Source: Callorhinchus milii (taxonomy: Eukaryota). Taken from it: 64,000 nt of DNA. The stretch covers positions 64,420,001 to 64,484,000 of the forward strand of contig NW_024704743.1 of NCBI RefSeq assembly GCF_018977255.1. The letters are read 5' to 3'. The translations under genes and the position numbers were made by a program. Under the pieces are notes generated by a model. The model saw nothing but the letters and a program-made list of their open reading frames with translations, had not been told where the DNA came from and searched no databases. Position 1 is the first letter of the stretch. The number at the start of each line of letters is the position of its first letter. Below, piece after piece: positions 50,710 to 63,507 of the stretch.

Positions 50710-51100
50710 TGTTAGCCTGGCTTAGTTAGTAGAATTCCTGCCTCTGAGTCAGAAGGTTGTGGCTGACATTCCAATGCAGTGCTGGGTGTGTTGTGCATTG
50801 TTGGAGATGCCATCCTTCAGATACAACATTGAACTGAGGTCCCATCTGTGCCTGCTTAGGTGGACATTAAAGATCCTGTGGCACTATTTGAAAAGAAGGG
50901 GGTAGGGGTGAGGGTTTTCCCAGTGTCCTGACCGCCAATCACCCAAATATAGTTGGTCATTCACTTCACTGCTATTTGTGGGACATCACTGTGCACAAGT
51001 TGACTACAAATGCACAGTCACTACACTTTACAGTAAACTCCTGTAAAGCACTTTTAGACATCCTCCTCACGTGAAAGGCATTATACCAAATGCAAATTCC
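50710..51100 (+). mobile_element. SINE family B
   Basis: gcctctgagtcagaaggttgt head, ttaaagatcctgtggcactatttg core, tail. Confidence 0.85.
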
Positions 51101-52679
51101 AAATTATTGTTATTGTTAATAATGTCAAAACTTTAATAAGTACCAAATACAGGCCCGAAGGGATCTCAAGTACATACATTTTGGTTAGTAAAGTTTCCAA
51201 GTTATGTGTGTATGATGAATTTTTCCATTATCTTGATACAAGTACTTTCTTATTGGAATTTCAGACTGGCAAGGTTGGTGACTTAACCACTTGGCAGAAT
51301 TTATCTCTTGAAATATTGTTGCTGCTCTTTACCTGTGCTATAGGAACACAGGAAAACAGGAACAGGAAGCCATTCAACCCTTCGAGCCAGTTCCACAGTT
51401 CTAGAATCTGGCATGCCTTATTACGCCAGTGCCTCGCTCAATTGCCTCATATGTTTTAATGCCTCTACTATCCAAGGATCTGTTTGTCTCTCACTTTGTG
51501 AAGTGCTTTTTTCTCTGAACCTTTCTAGCTCAAATCCAGACTGTGCCCAGAGCTGAGCAGAACAGAAGTTGTGGGCTGAAAAACCAAACAGTGATTAAAT
51601 ATATATTTTTTATTGTACATGCAGCATGTTCCATGTTTACCATTTGAAATAATTTACCAATTACATTGAAACATTCCTAATATTAAAGAAGTCCCAAAAC
51701 TCATTAATTCCCATCAATGTTTTATGCCTACTTAAAAGGTTTGAGCTGACACAGTGAGTTTGATGTTAGCAGCATTCATTTATTAATATATCCAGAATAC
51801 TACAGAGATTATTCCAAAAAGCACAAAAGTGGCTAAGCTACATTTAATATCTTGATATGTCAATACTGTGAATTTTGTACCAGTTTCTGGTGCGACTGAT
51901 GACCATAATAGCATAATTTTCTTAGCACTTTTCTTTCTCTTAGCAATTTGATGCAGAGATGATTACAGCAGCTGAAAAGATAATCCTCAGTGCCTCTATT
52001 GGAGGAGGGTTGTTGTAATACTATAAATGGAATTGATTAATGTGTTCTTAAATTGGAGTTAATTTAAATTAAGTTCCTCTCATTCAAATCCCTCTTCACC
52101 TTGCCCAGTATACATCTGTGATCTTCTGTGAATGCTCGACTGCAGAAGATTCTGAGCTTGTAAATGTAGTGCACGACTGCATCCTGACTCAGTGTATCAG
52201 GGAGCCCACAAGGGGCAGTTCCCTTCTTGATTTACTTGTAGTCAGTGACCCAAGCATAACATGTGGCGTCAGGGGCAGGTCTTGTTTTAAGTAAGTTGCT
52301 GTTTATTGAGTTAGAGAAGGTTGCACACAAATCCATCAGTTTCCATGTCACATCCAATCACTGCTTCCCGGTTTAGGGGGACTTCTATACTAAATGCCGC
52401 AGGACCCTTTTGTGTCCTGGTTATGCCTCTTACAAATATATATATATATACACTATTCAGCGAGTGGAAGTTGTTTGGTAGTGACCACAACTCATTAACC
52501 TTTATTTTAAATTGCGAAATAGCAAACCAACTCCAGTGTACAACTTTAGGTGAGCAAACTTCAGGGTATGACGACCGACCTCAAGCTCCCCAGGCTCTTC
52601 TTCAGACTCTCCGAAACCGCGCGCAACTTAGGAGTCAGGTTTGATACCCAGCTTTCTAATTTCTAACACACATCCGTTC

Positions 52680-53012
52680 CCTGACCGGGATCACTTTTTT
52701 TCCACCTCTGTCACATTGCCTGCCTCTGTCCTTACCTCACAACCGAGACACCTGATGTCCATGTCTTTGTCACTTCCCAGCTGGAGTGTTTCAATGCCCT
52801 CCTCGCTGGTCTCCCCAGCTCTACCATACACAAAATTCAATTAATCCAAAACTCACCCGCACAAAACTCCATACCCCATCACACCAGTCCTTGTCAGGCC
52901 CCACTGGCTCCCAATTACCGAATGGATCGATTTCAAGATCCTCTCACTTATTTTCAAATGCTTTATGCCCTTACACCTCCCACCTGTCCAATCTGCTTAC
53001 CCCTCATTCCAC
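52680..53012 (+). mobile_element. Old L2 fragment
   Basis: ccactggctcccaatt..gatcgatttcaagatcctc (HWLP..IDFKIL). Confidence 0.75.
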
Positions 53013-53013
53013 C

Positions 53014-53236
53014 ATCACGTCTTCTAGATGTCTCAAAACAGGATATACTGTAAAGTAAATCGACTGTATATTTTGTGGGTGAAACGCAGCAGCCAATTGC
53101 TCATAGTAGTGTCCCACAAACAGTGGTGGGTTGAGTGACCAAATTATCATTATTTTCTGAAGGAATTACTATCCCGTAAAGTGATGCACCAATTGACTAA
53201 GAAGCCTGTTCCTACTTACTGCTAGCAAAACAGAGG
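53014..53236 (-). mobile_element. SINE family A long subfamily, lacking the tRNA head and the extreme tail
   Basis: Deu body plus cctacttactgctagcaaaacagagg, where SINE homology stops. Confidence 0.8.
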
Positions 53237-53299
53237 GCAATTACAAGACAGTGATTGCTCCACACTGCAGCTTGTAACCCAATAAGACAGGCGGAGGCA

Positions 53300-53606
53300 A
53301 GCTTTGCTGACCTTTATTTTTAACATATGTATTTATTTTTAAAAATCTTAGTTGATAAAATTCTGAACAAAGCCTTCTAGCACAGTGCTAACATTAGACA
53401 GCTCCACCATTCAGGGTAAGATTGTTACAGCAACAAACAATGTTAGTCCTGTCGAAGTGGATGGTTTGCAAGGCTCTGTTTTCGTCGAGTGACCGGCTGT
53501 GGGAATGGCAAGCCGGTACTTTAGTGGAGCAGCCGGGAGCGAGTTCCGCTTTGTATCTCCAGATGGCGATATCGCCGTCATCGCTACAGGACACTAGTAG
53601 CCCTTT
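53300..53606 (-). pseudogene. CIAO1: CIAO1-like (WD40, cytosolic Fe-S assembly) C-terminal fragment, probably a 5'-truncated retrocopy
   Basis: Minus frame reads KGLLVSCSDDGDIAIWRYK. The recalled human CIAO1 C-terminus is PGLLASCSDDGEVAFWKYQ (12/17 identical). In-frame stop just upstream, no good splice acceptor, CpG-rich in AT-rich surroundings, two minus-strand AATAAA at ~53313 and ~53332. Confidence 0.65.
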
Positions 53607-53894
53607 GGATATTTACCAAAGGCAACTTGTTTACCAAAGAGAATTAACTATTTTAAAATGATATTGCCTATGAAATGCTGCTCAATCTGACCTCACTGGC
53701 TGCAATGGTAGAGTTAAATGTAATTATATTCCTCACAGGGCTGGATCCGAACAACAGATCCTTTTCCTCCTTGAAAATGTTACTTTATGAACAGGAACAG
53801 CGTTTGTTGTAACTGGTTTAGTAAGCAATTGGTTTTGTTGTTATCAAAGTGATATTTGTTTTTCTTAAAAAGTAAGTGTGAAACCTAGTATATC

Positions 53895-53971
53895 TGATAC
53901 CAATCAGAAGATATGAAGATTATTACCTGATATGATATGATACCAATCAGAAGATATGAAGATTATTACCT
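53895..53971. repeat. Perfect 34-bp direct duplication
   Basis: tgataccaatcagaagatatgaagattattacct at 53895-53928 and 53938-53971. Confidence 0.95.
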
Positions 53972-54527
53972 TCTTATTTGTTTTATAGACTTACCTTTTC
54001 AAACACACCTGTGGTCATCTCCCCCTCCCCCTTCTCCTGTGCTCGACAACTAACCACTGTGCAGAACTCTGTATAAATGCAAATAGTTGTAGTTATTATA
54101 ATAATAATACTCTTGCATTTCATATAACTATAACATCAAAATATAACAAATAATAAGTATAGTAAACATGCATTTTTTGTCAAACAAGACAATCAGTTTG
54201 CACACAATGTCCCACAAACAGCCATGAAGTAAATGCTCATTTTATCTGGAGGAACACTGGAACACTGGTTAGAGCACTGGGAGAATTTCCCTTCTCTATT
54301 TAAATAGTGCCATGGAATCTTCAAAATTCACTTAAACATGCCAGTGGAAACTCAGCTTAAAGTTTCAACAGCCTACCTTGCCAAAAGGGATCAGTCTTGT
54401 TAGCAATTGGCCTTGTTGACCACATTTATCATTGATCTGATTTATTTATCTCCAGTGATCAATTTTCCTGTGTTGCAGTTTCAACCCCATGTCTAATGAC
54501 TTAGAGTCTGATAGTATAGCATGGTAC

Positions 54528-54917
54528 TGTGTCAGCTTGATGTAATGGTAGCTCTCTCACCTGTGAGTCAGAAGGTTGTGGGTTCAAGCCTCATGTTGGG
54601 ACTTGGAATCATTTAGTCTAAAATGACACTCAAATGCAGTGCTGAGTTCCCATCTGCCCATTCAGGTGGAAATTAAAGATCCCAGGGCACTATTCAAAAA
54701 GAGAAGGGAGTTTCTCCCAGTGTCCTAACAATTACCCATATAAATCACTCACTCCATGGCTGTCCGTGGGACATTGCTGTGCCCAAACTGGCTTCCGCAT
54801 TTTGCCCACAAAATACACAGTTAATCCACTTTACAGTATATCCTGATAAGTGCTTTGAGACATTTCAATGATATGATAAGATGCTCCATCAAAATGAAAG
54901 GATTATTTTTTATTATT
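54528..54917 (+). mobile_element. SINE family B
   Basis: gtgtcagc head, gagtcagaaggttgtgggttcaagcc, ttaaagatcccagggcact, Deu body, tail. Confidence 0.88.
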
Positions 54918-57900
54918 ATGGTGGCAATCAGAAAATGTAGTTAAATAGCTCACTCAAAGATGCATTGATTCATTGGAAATCACTGAAATATCAAACATCC
55001 TATGTTTGTGCCTTCAATTTACTTTCAATCTTTGTTTCTACCCTTGACATAAACCAGCATTTGCAAAACATCACAAAAAAACAAGTAAAAGCTGATGATT
55101 AATGATGAAAGAGCGCAGTTTTAATTACTTTGATATAATCCTGCTCTTTAGAAAAACCCTGTTAAGTCCCAAACTGTGTTGCATTAGTCATACTAGATTT
55201 TAGTATTCATGTGCTAATACATGCAGAACAATGTTATAACACTCATCATTGTGGTTCTGCCCGAAAGCTATAATTCAAGTACAATCACTTGGCATTCAAC
55301 TAAATAATTTCTGAAATGTCAAACTTTAAGGTTTTGTAGATATCGGTTCTTTTTGGATTTTTATTAATTATCATTAATCCTGTAGTGTACGCAGACCCAA
55401 ATGACCTTAAACAATTTCAATTTATTAAGATGTAAATTCAGTTTAACAAATGTCCTTTTTTAAAAAAAATATGTTCATCCAACCTTTAAACCAAAAGATT
55501 TAATGTCTCCTTCACAGAGATTCATTTGTACTTTGTTTTCTATTTCTACTCAATAGCAAAGAGTCCATCTCTATCATAGGCTTGATTGGTCAAATGATCT
55601 CCCTCTATGCTATCATTCCTGCAGCTCATTTGGAATAGATTTTAAGTGACTGAGAAAATACAGAGTCTAATTTGTGGTATTTCTGTGATTCCTTAGAATT
55701 CCTATGACCTGAGGATCTCCTTTCCCATAATAAATCATATTGAAGTAGTGATCCTGTGGTTGCTGTGATGCATTTCCAGTTACCAAATGAGAACAACTCA
55801 GATTCCTTCTTAAGGGATTCTATTATGAAATCCTTCATCTTAGATCCTTTTACATTATGAGACAAAGAACTAGAGCTCCTTTTACACAGCAATGGTACCA
55901 TTTACTAGCAAATGTATAACAAACACAAGAGCAGGCCCTCTGGATATATACTTAGTTCTCTGGCTAAATATATATTCCTCAAGTTAATAGCATAAATGAT
56001 GATGTTTAAAAACCAAACTAAAGATGAGGTTTGTCTTTAATTTTCTCCTCTCTCCTTCTGAAAATGGTGACTTGTGTTGGAGAAATGCTCCACAAGCACT
56101 GGTAGCTCCATAAAACTTTGCCCAAGTGGCTTTTCTAGGTGTGTGAGCACCAGTATGCTTTTTGACCATTTGGCCACCATAGCTGAGTCAGATGATGCTC
56201 TCACTCAAGATCCACACAGTTATTTATTTTCCAGTAAGTGTCTGATAGTGACTAAGCACTAGCAGATATGAAGAAACACTATGTACATTCCAACATAAGA
56301 AAGTGTAATATTTTGCACCAGAGTGATACAATTCAAGCAAAACTGGTTCAAGAAACATTGAAGTAAAGCTGCCAACTATTTATTGGGAGACAGGTTTTTT
56401 TTACAGCTTATATTTTATTTATATAACTGAGATGCAAGTTAAATGTAAAACACATTAGTTGGTAGGGTTGAGTGAACAGCCAGGGATTTTTTTTTGCTGA
56501 CTTAGTTCTATTTAGTCAACCCTATGAAATGTGAACTGCATGCAACTCAGGTCAGGCTGTACACGCCTGTTTAAGGATAGTCTTAAGAAAGTTCTTCAGT
56601 TGAATGTTTGTGCAGTGCCAGAGAAAGTCTCAATCCAGATTCTTTCAAGAGGGAACAAAGGAGCATTCCATTGATGTGTGTATGATGTGAGCGAGTATTT
56701 TCTTAGATTTCCATCAGTATAATTTTCACATCTGCCACTTTTACATTCACACCAGTGAATATCAACAACAACTTGCATATATACAGCACCCTTCACGTGG
56801 CCAGCATCTCAATGGTGAGCCTGATGCATGTAGAAATCAAGCAGAACTTTCATTCTAAGTATTTCTAAGTATTGCACATAAGAAAGTGTAATACTTTGCA
56901 CCAGAGTGGTACGATTCATGCAAAACTGAATATCAAATCAATACACTGCACTCACGGTTGAGAAGAGCATTCTACAATACTGTGGGTAGTGATGTTTCTC
57001 CAACATGAGGATTGGCAATCAGGATACAACCTTACTGAGCTGGTCCAGAAATAGGAACACAAGAATGCACCGGACCGGAAAATAGTCAATTTGGTTCCTA
57101 TCTTTATTATAAAATAACAGTAAGTTACCCTACATTACTCTCTCATGCTAGCTCAATTGAATTCTTCATCAAATAGTTTATCCATTGGTGTCGGCCTCTC
57201 TCAGTTGGTAGCACTATCTCCTCTGAGTCAGAAGATTGGGGGGTACAAGGCTCACATCAAGACTTTGAGCTCATCATCTAGGGTGGGCTGACACTCAAAT
57301 GCAATGTAAAGGATGTGCTACATTAACGGAAGTGTCTGATTTATGTTTGGCAGACATTATGAGGCACCCATCACCACTGAAGAGGTTCCAAAATGTGGTT
57401 CCTATATTGAAGAAAAGTAATGGAACATACCTGGCAACAAAGTCCCATTAGCCTGACCTCAGTATTTGGAAAACTGACTCCCTCATAATATCTGTTAATG
57501 CTTCATAAACCACCTGCCTTGTCTCTCTAAGTACCCTGAGGTACAGTTCACCAGTCCTGTAGGATTTATTATTTTCGGTCCCTTGAACCTACCTAAAAGC
57601 TTAGACTTAAGTCAAAGTCCTGGAGCTCGAACACTGTTTGCTAAACGCTGGACATCGATAAACCTCCAGGAAACAATTGTTTAATTTGTTCAGTATCTGC
57701 AATTAATTCTCTTTTTCAATCTCCTTTGGGTCCATTAGAGTTCAAAGCATCTTCCCTAACTGCCCTTTTACTGTTGCAATGTTGTTGCATTGACAAGGTC
57801 ATAGAAAAGGTTTTCATACAATGAATTGCAAAAGTAACTGTACACATACAGACCATTAAAGGTCCATGTGGACAAATTGTTTTACTGCAGTAGGCAAACA

Positions 57901-58911
57901 TGTAATGGGAACCCTGAGTTCCCATTATATGAATTAAATCAAATGCAGGGTTAATATTGAAATAGACCTTGAAAGGGACAGCTGCTTGAAGAACACTGAA
58001 CGCAACCTCCAGGCAAGGCGACTGGAGGATGGCCAGAGAGGTCTGTGGAAGATGGGATGTCACTTAAGGCAATTTTGAAGCAGTGCATATTTTGATAAAA
58101 AGCACCTTCAGTTAATTGGACTCTGAGGAAATGAAAGGATAATCCCCTCCCCTTTCCCCTGAAAAAAAAGTTTCATTGTACATTAGAAAATTATTATTTG
58201 ATTACGTAATGCTACAAATGACAAAATGTGTCAGTTTTCTTACCAGTCCAGTAATACACGGTCACACCACTTTACAGTATATCCTGTGAAGTGTTTTGAG
58301 ACGTCTCGACAATACAATAAGGTGCTATACCAAATGCAAGGATTATTATTATTGATATTGAGGCTATTTTCCTTAGTTAGTGGTTGTGGACGAATTAGTT
58401 GATCCACGAAGATGCAGGATTCAAAAGTTCCTCATGCATGGATGACTGGAGAGACGGTTGGATGAACAGAAATCTGAAAAATTGATATCTTAGGTGTCTC
58501 AGGTTATTGACAACCATATTTCAAAAAAACACAACAAAACAGCAATTTAATGCAAGCAGACACAACCACATGTGTCAAAGCAGTTTATTTTTTGGCAAAT
58601 TGAAACATTGGGTAGGCAAGGTCTTCAAATACTGTACATATCATTTAAATGTGTTTGTGTCATTCTCACTTGCTGTGTTATACAATATACATAATAATAA
58701 CTTAATTTGATATAGTGGCAATAATGTTGAAAATTGCTTCACATGTAACTGCTATTAAATGTAGTGACTTTGTATTTGTAGGTAAATGTGGCAGTCAATT
58801 TTTGGGCAAATAATGCTACAAACAACAAAATGTGTTGGTTTTCTTACCAGTCTAGTGATGCAGTCAGTCCGCTTTACAGTATATCCTGCGAAGCCCTTTG
58901 AGACGTCTTGA

Positions 58912-59297
58912 TAATAATAATTCTTGAATTTGATATAGTGCCTTATCATGTCTTCAAGACGTCTCAAAGTGCTTCACAGAACATACTGTAAAATGAATTG
59001 ACTGTATATTTTGTAGATGAAATGTGGCAGCCAATTGCACACAGCATTGTCACACAAACAGTTTTTGATTGAGCCATTCAATTATTATTATTGTTATTTA
59101 ATTCAATTTATTTTTTTGAAGGTATTATTACCCCTGTAAAAGCATGTCACCAATCGACTAACAACTGGGTTCCTACTTACTGCTAGGTAAACAGTGGAGT
59201 AAAGAAACTTGCCCAACGTTTCGCCCTGCCTGGGAATTGAAGCCAGGTCCTCTCGCTTGCGAGGCGAGTGCTCTAACCACTGAACTACAGGACTCCA
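58912..59297 (-). mobile_element. SINE family A long subfamily, nested in an older SINE tail
   Basis: Complete copy with anticodon loop CTCGCAA (Ala-CGC). Confidence 0.9.
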
Positions 59298-59660
59298 TTC
59301 CATGATAAAGATATGATGTGATAAGGGGCTATATCAAATGCAAGGATTATTATTATTATTATCATTATTGATGTTGGGGCTGCTTTTCTCGGTTAGTGTC
59401 AGTGGGCTGATTAGCTGATCCATGACTTCTGTATCTATAGATGAGCTTGTTTCCATGATCGTTTATTCCCTAGCAGAAAAGTGGAGGTAATCCATCCATT
59501 TCCCTGATATTTGTGTGCCAGTTTGTGGCACTGGTATCAGCTTTATGGAAATGGAAACCAGCAATGTTACGATTCCAAAAAGTAAACTAAATGCAGCTGC
59601 TCCCCAAACCAGCATTTACCTGCTCTGTCTTTTTCTGGGACTGTTTAATCAGTTTTATAA

Positions 59661-60035
59661 TATAATAATAATAATCCTTGCATCTGATATAGCTCCTTAT
59701 CACGTCTTGAGGACATCTCAAAGCGTTTCACAAAATACACTGTAAGTAAATTGACTGTATATTTTGTGGGCAAAACGCGGCAGCCAATTGTACACATCAG
59801 AATCCCACAAACAGTCGTGGATTGAAGCGACCAATCTATTATTATTAATTTTTTTAAGGTATTATCCCCAGAAAAGCGTTCCTCCAATGGACTAACACCC
59901 AGGTTCCTATTTACTGCTCGATAAACAGAGGTGTGTGGAGTAAGAAAATTTGCCCAACATTTCGCCCTGCCAGAAATTGAACCCAGGTCCTCTTGCTTGT
60001 GAGGCGAGTGCTCTAACCACTAAGCTACAGGACTT
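59661..60035 (-). mobile_element. SINE family A long subfamily
   Basis: Tail, Deu body and tRNA head as above. Confidence 0.9.
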
Positions 60036-60314
60036 TATGTTGCACATTCCTAAGATACCACTATTCCTTCTTAATCCCAGGGTCACCTGTGTGTTTCTTA
60101 TAAAATCTTTCTACAATAGGAATCACTAAATTAAGTTTTTAGGTCCTGGTGAACTTACTTTTATAATGGGTTATGGCAGAACAATTCCCAGAGACTCCTA
60201 GTCATAGTGTGTGAATTGGAAACCCTGATATATACTTGTGTCGCCCTGACTCTGTTGGTAGCACTCTCAACAGCAACAACTTATGTAGACAGTTACCTGA
60301 ACAGGTATGCTGCA

Positions 60315-61137
60315 ACAAAAACTTGCATTTATATAGTTTATATAGCACCTTTAACCTGGGAGACAAGCCTCAGTGCATTTAACAGTGCTGGAGCTTAACG
60401 CTGAGCTGGGCAGAGAGGGGAGGTGACATGGGTACGGTAAGGTGCGGTAAAAGAGGAAGGTTTTTAGATGCAAGGAGGGGGCAGGGGGAGGGAGTGAGGC
60501 AGAGAGCTTCTGAGTCTCAGAACGTAGTGGCTGAAAGCACGGAAGATGATGTTGGAGCGGAGGGGAAGTGGGACGTGCAAGAGGCCGGAACTAGCTGAAT
60601 GAATGAGACAGCTAGTGCAGTGGGGTATAAGCAGGTCAGAGAGGTACAGAGGTGTTGGGGGATTGAATTGATTTATAATTAAGTGTGAGGATCTTGAAGT
60701 TGATCCATTCCACAATGGAGTCTGGAGACTCAGATGAGGGGGGTGCAGAATTTTGTATAGGCGAGAATACGGGTGGTAGAGGTTTGAATTGGTTGGATTT
60801 TATGAATGGTGGAGCTGGGGAGACCAGCGAGGAGGGCATTGAAAAAATCAAAGCGGCAGGTAATGAATGTGTGAATAGGGGCTTCAGCTGCATTGGATGA
60901 AAGGTACGGGCAGAGGTGGATGAAAGGTACGGGCAGAGGTGGGTAATGTGAGGAGGTGGAGGTAAACGGTGCTGCTCAGGGTCTGAATGTGAGGTAGGAA
61001 GGACAGCTGGGGAACGAACCTGACCCCTAAGTTCAGTTCAGTAAGTCTGAGGAGTAGGCTGGGGAGGTTAAGGAGATCGAAGCCACAGGTGAAAAGACGC
61101 TGATGGGAGCCAAGGAGGATGGCTTCCACCTTGTCAA
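60315..61137 (-). mobile_element. Old L2 3' fragment containing a 23-bp tandem duplication (60895-60940)
   Basis: EAILLGSHQRL, PQLSFLPHIQ, INFKILTL; ggatgaaaggtacgggcagaggt twice. Confidence 0.85.
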
Positions 61138-61144
61138 TATATCA

Positions 61145-61545
61145 CTCTCATCACTAATACAAAAGGTTGTAAGTTCAAGCCGCACGTTGAGACTCTATAG
61201 CGAACCCACAGCCTAGGCTGACACTCGAGTACAATGCTGGGGGAACAATGTATTGTCTGAGATGTTTTCCTTCAGATGAGACATTAAACCAATGTCTGGT
61301 CTGCCTGTTGAGGTGGATGTTAGCGATCCCAGGACACAATTCGAATAGAGAAGGAAGATTGTCCCAATATACTTGCCGTCAATCTCCAGATAAAGTTGAC
61401 CATTCGCTTTATGGTTGTTTGTAGGACTGAGCACAAATTGGTTGTGTTTATTTACAAATACACAATCACTATCCTCTACAATCAATCCTGTAAAATGCAT
61501 TGAGTTGTTTCAATAACTTGATAAGTGCTATATCAAATGCAAGAG
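61145..61545 (+). mobile_element. SINE family B, diverged
   Basis: aaggttgtaagttcaagcc, ctaggctgacac, gatgagacattaaacc, tail. Confidence 0.75.
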
Positions 61546-61681
61546 TTATTTAGTTATGGATGAATACTCAGAAGTTTCAAGAGTTCTTTGCAAGGATTGA
61601 TAGCTGCAGAGCCAATAAGACAGCAGCTGATGCTTCTTTCCAACAAATTGCTGGTCAGAAGCTCTAATAGTAGATCTGCAG

Positions 61682-61840
61682 AATAATAATCCTTGCATTT
61701 GATATAGCGCCTTATCACGTCTTGAAGATATCTCAAAGCACTTCACAGAATATATTGTAAAGTGAATTGACTGTATATTTTATGGGCAAAACATGGCAAC
61801 CATTTGCACATAGCAGTGTCCCATAAACAGTCATGGATTG
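61682..61840 (-). mobile_element. 5'-truncated SINE (Deu body + tail)
   Basis: aataatccttgcatttgatatagcgccttatcacgtc...gtcccataaacagtcatgg. Confidence 0.85.
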
Positions 61841-62994
61841 AGGTTACAAGCAGAGATAAAGTTGGCTCAGAATACTTCAGACTAATCAAGTCAGCATATA
61901 TAATTGGTAGAAAGTTTACAAGAGACAGCTGGTGGGAATGAAAAAGAACATAAAATGGAGAAAAGCAATGTACGAACTGGGTAGTATATGTTCTGAAATG
62001 TGACATTTTATTAAAACTAAGGTTTCAAAAGTAGTGTCAGATCACTAAATTGTAATGACAAATTATCTTAATTATGGCATTAGCAAAACTGTGTTGCTGA
62101 TTTAATCTTCCGAGGCTTTGGAAAGGAAGAACAGTGTATGTGTTGGACTGTTCAACAGCCTGGGTTGGAAAGCTGTTTGGGATATTAGGGCAGTATGGAA
62201 ATGATTGAAAAACGTAATAAGTAGCAAAAGTAAAAAATGCATTGCAGAAGCAGGAGGACATCATAAATATTGTATGATAAATATTTCCATAAGCTAGATT
62301 AACTGGATAAATCCTAAGAATTGATGTCACAAGTGAATTATGATTGTTTGTATGGATGGAGCAATGAAAAATATATCCACATTTCCAGCTTACTTGAAAG
62401 TTAACAGCTATAAGTGTAAGGGTTATAAATCTTCAGGTCTCAGCTCTAAACACTGGATATTACTGGAGGTAGATAGAGAACAATGTGACACTTCAAAATG
62501 CCATTTTGTAACTAACAGAATATCGTTTTGCATAAATGTTAATGATTGGACATTGGAACAGTACATTAACATAAGTAAGAGGTGTGGAAGGTATTCTGAT
62601 GTGTGACAGATTAACCTGGGTGGGGAGTGCAGAATGTAAGTGGAAAGTAATGAGCAGAATGTCCGCAATACTAAGTAACACCACTGATAAATGTAGGATT
62701 TACACATCTTCTGAGTTTCCGGCATTTGTTGCATTCTCCACGTGTTCCAATGAGTATAGCTCCCAGACTCATTTCACTAAAAACAATAGCAAGTACATCT
62801 TAAATGATTCATCTCCTCCCTTTTAATTCCGACCGCACCAGGTACTATTTATAAGGTAACAAATGTTGGATGTACTGATGCACAATTTCCTAAGTAACAG
62901 TTCACTTCAGCATGGCCTCGGGCTGTACCTGAAAGGGGGAGTACAGACTTGGGCCATACAAAAGCTGTTCCCTGAACACTGTTGCTTTGGGTCT

Positions 62995-63140
62995 GATTTT
63001 ATTTTTGGTCAGCTGGGTGTCTAACACATGCAGAAACTCATGCACTCTGTCCCCAATGACTGATCTGCTTTTCCAAGTCCTGCCAAAGAGCCAGGCTGTC
63101 TGTGCTGTCAACAGTAGTGCCTGGAATACTGCAGACCCAC
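62995..63140. mobile_element. Third member of the long-TIR family (deletion derivative)
   Basis: atttttggtcagctgggtgtctaacacatgcagaaac terminus, followed by sequence complementary to ~39770-39850. Confidence 0.65.
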
Positions 63141-63244
63141 CTGCCTGGTTCTGGGTTAAGGAGGCCTTCCAGGGTGGTTCAAATAAACAAATAAGAAATG
63201 AATAATTGAACCCTACAGGTTAGCCACATGGCCACATCAGGAGA

Positions 63245-63507
63245 AGGTGCCAGGGTCAGACTTTCAGCCTATCTGCCCCACTCTCTGGAATTGCAACACA
63301 GAGTCCTTTTGACTCATCCACTCCCTGAACTCTTTCAAGGTCCGTTTCATGCTCATCATCTTTGACCGCGACTTTGGCCATCTTCCTTTCCTGCCCCACT
63401 TCCCTTGGCTCCCACTTCCAGCTTGGGTGCTAAGAAAGGCCTGACAAGCACCTTAGGATGTCCTCTTGATGTGAAAGGCAATATATAAATGTTAATTTGC
63501 TGTTGTT
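63245..63507 (+). mobile_element. Old L2 3' fragment
   Basis: ctctggaatt..., tttcaaggtcc, gatgtgaaaggcaatatataaatg tail. Confidence 0.75.

Noticed and set aside
52262..52434. Possible solo LTR (TG...CA, minus-strand AATAAA)
   Set aside because: No convincing TSD, PBS/PPT or second copy in the window.
53422..53661. 79-aa plus-strand ORF in the CpG-rich patch
   Set aside because: Better explained as the antisense shadow of the CIAO1-like frame.
55626..55901. 91-aa minus-strand ORF
   Set aside because: No family similarity I can recognise; length is compatible with chance.
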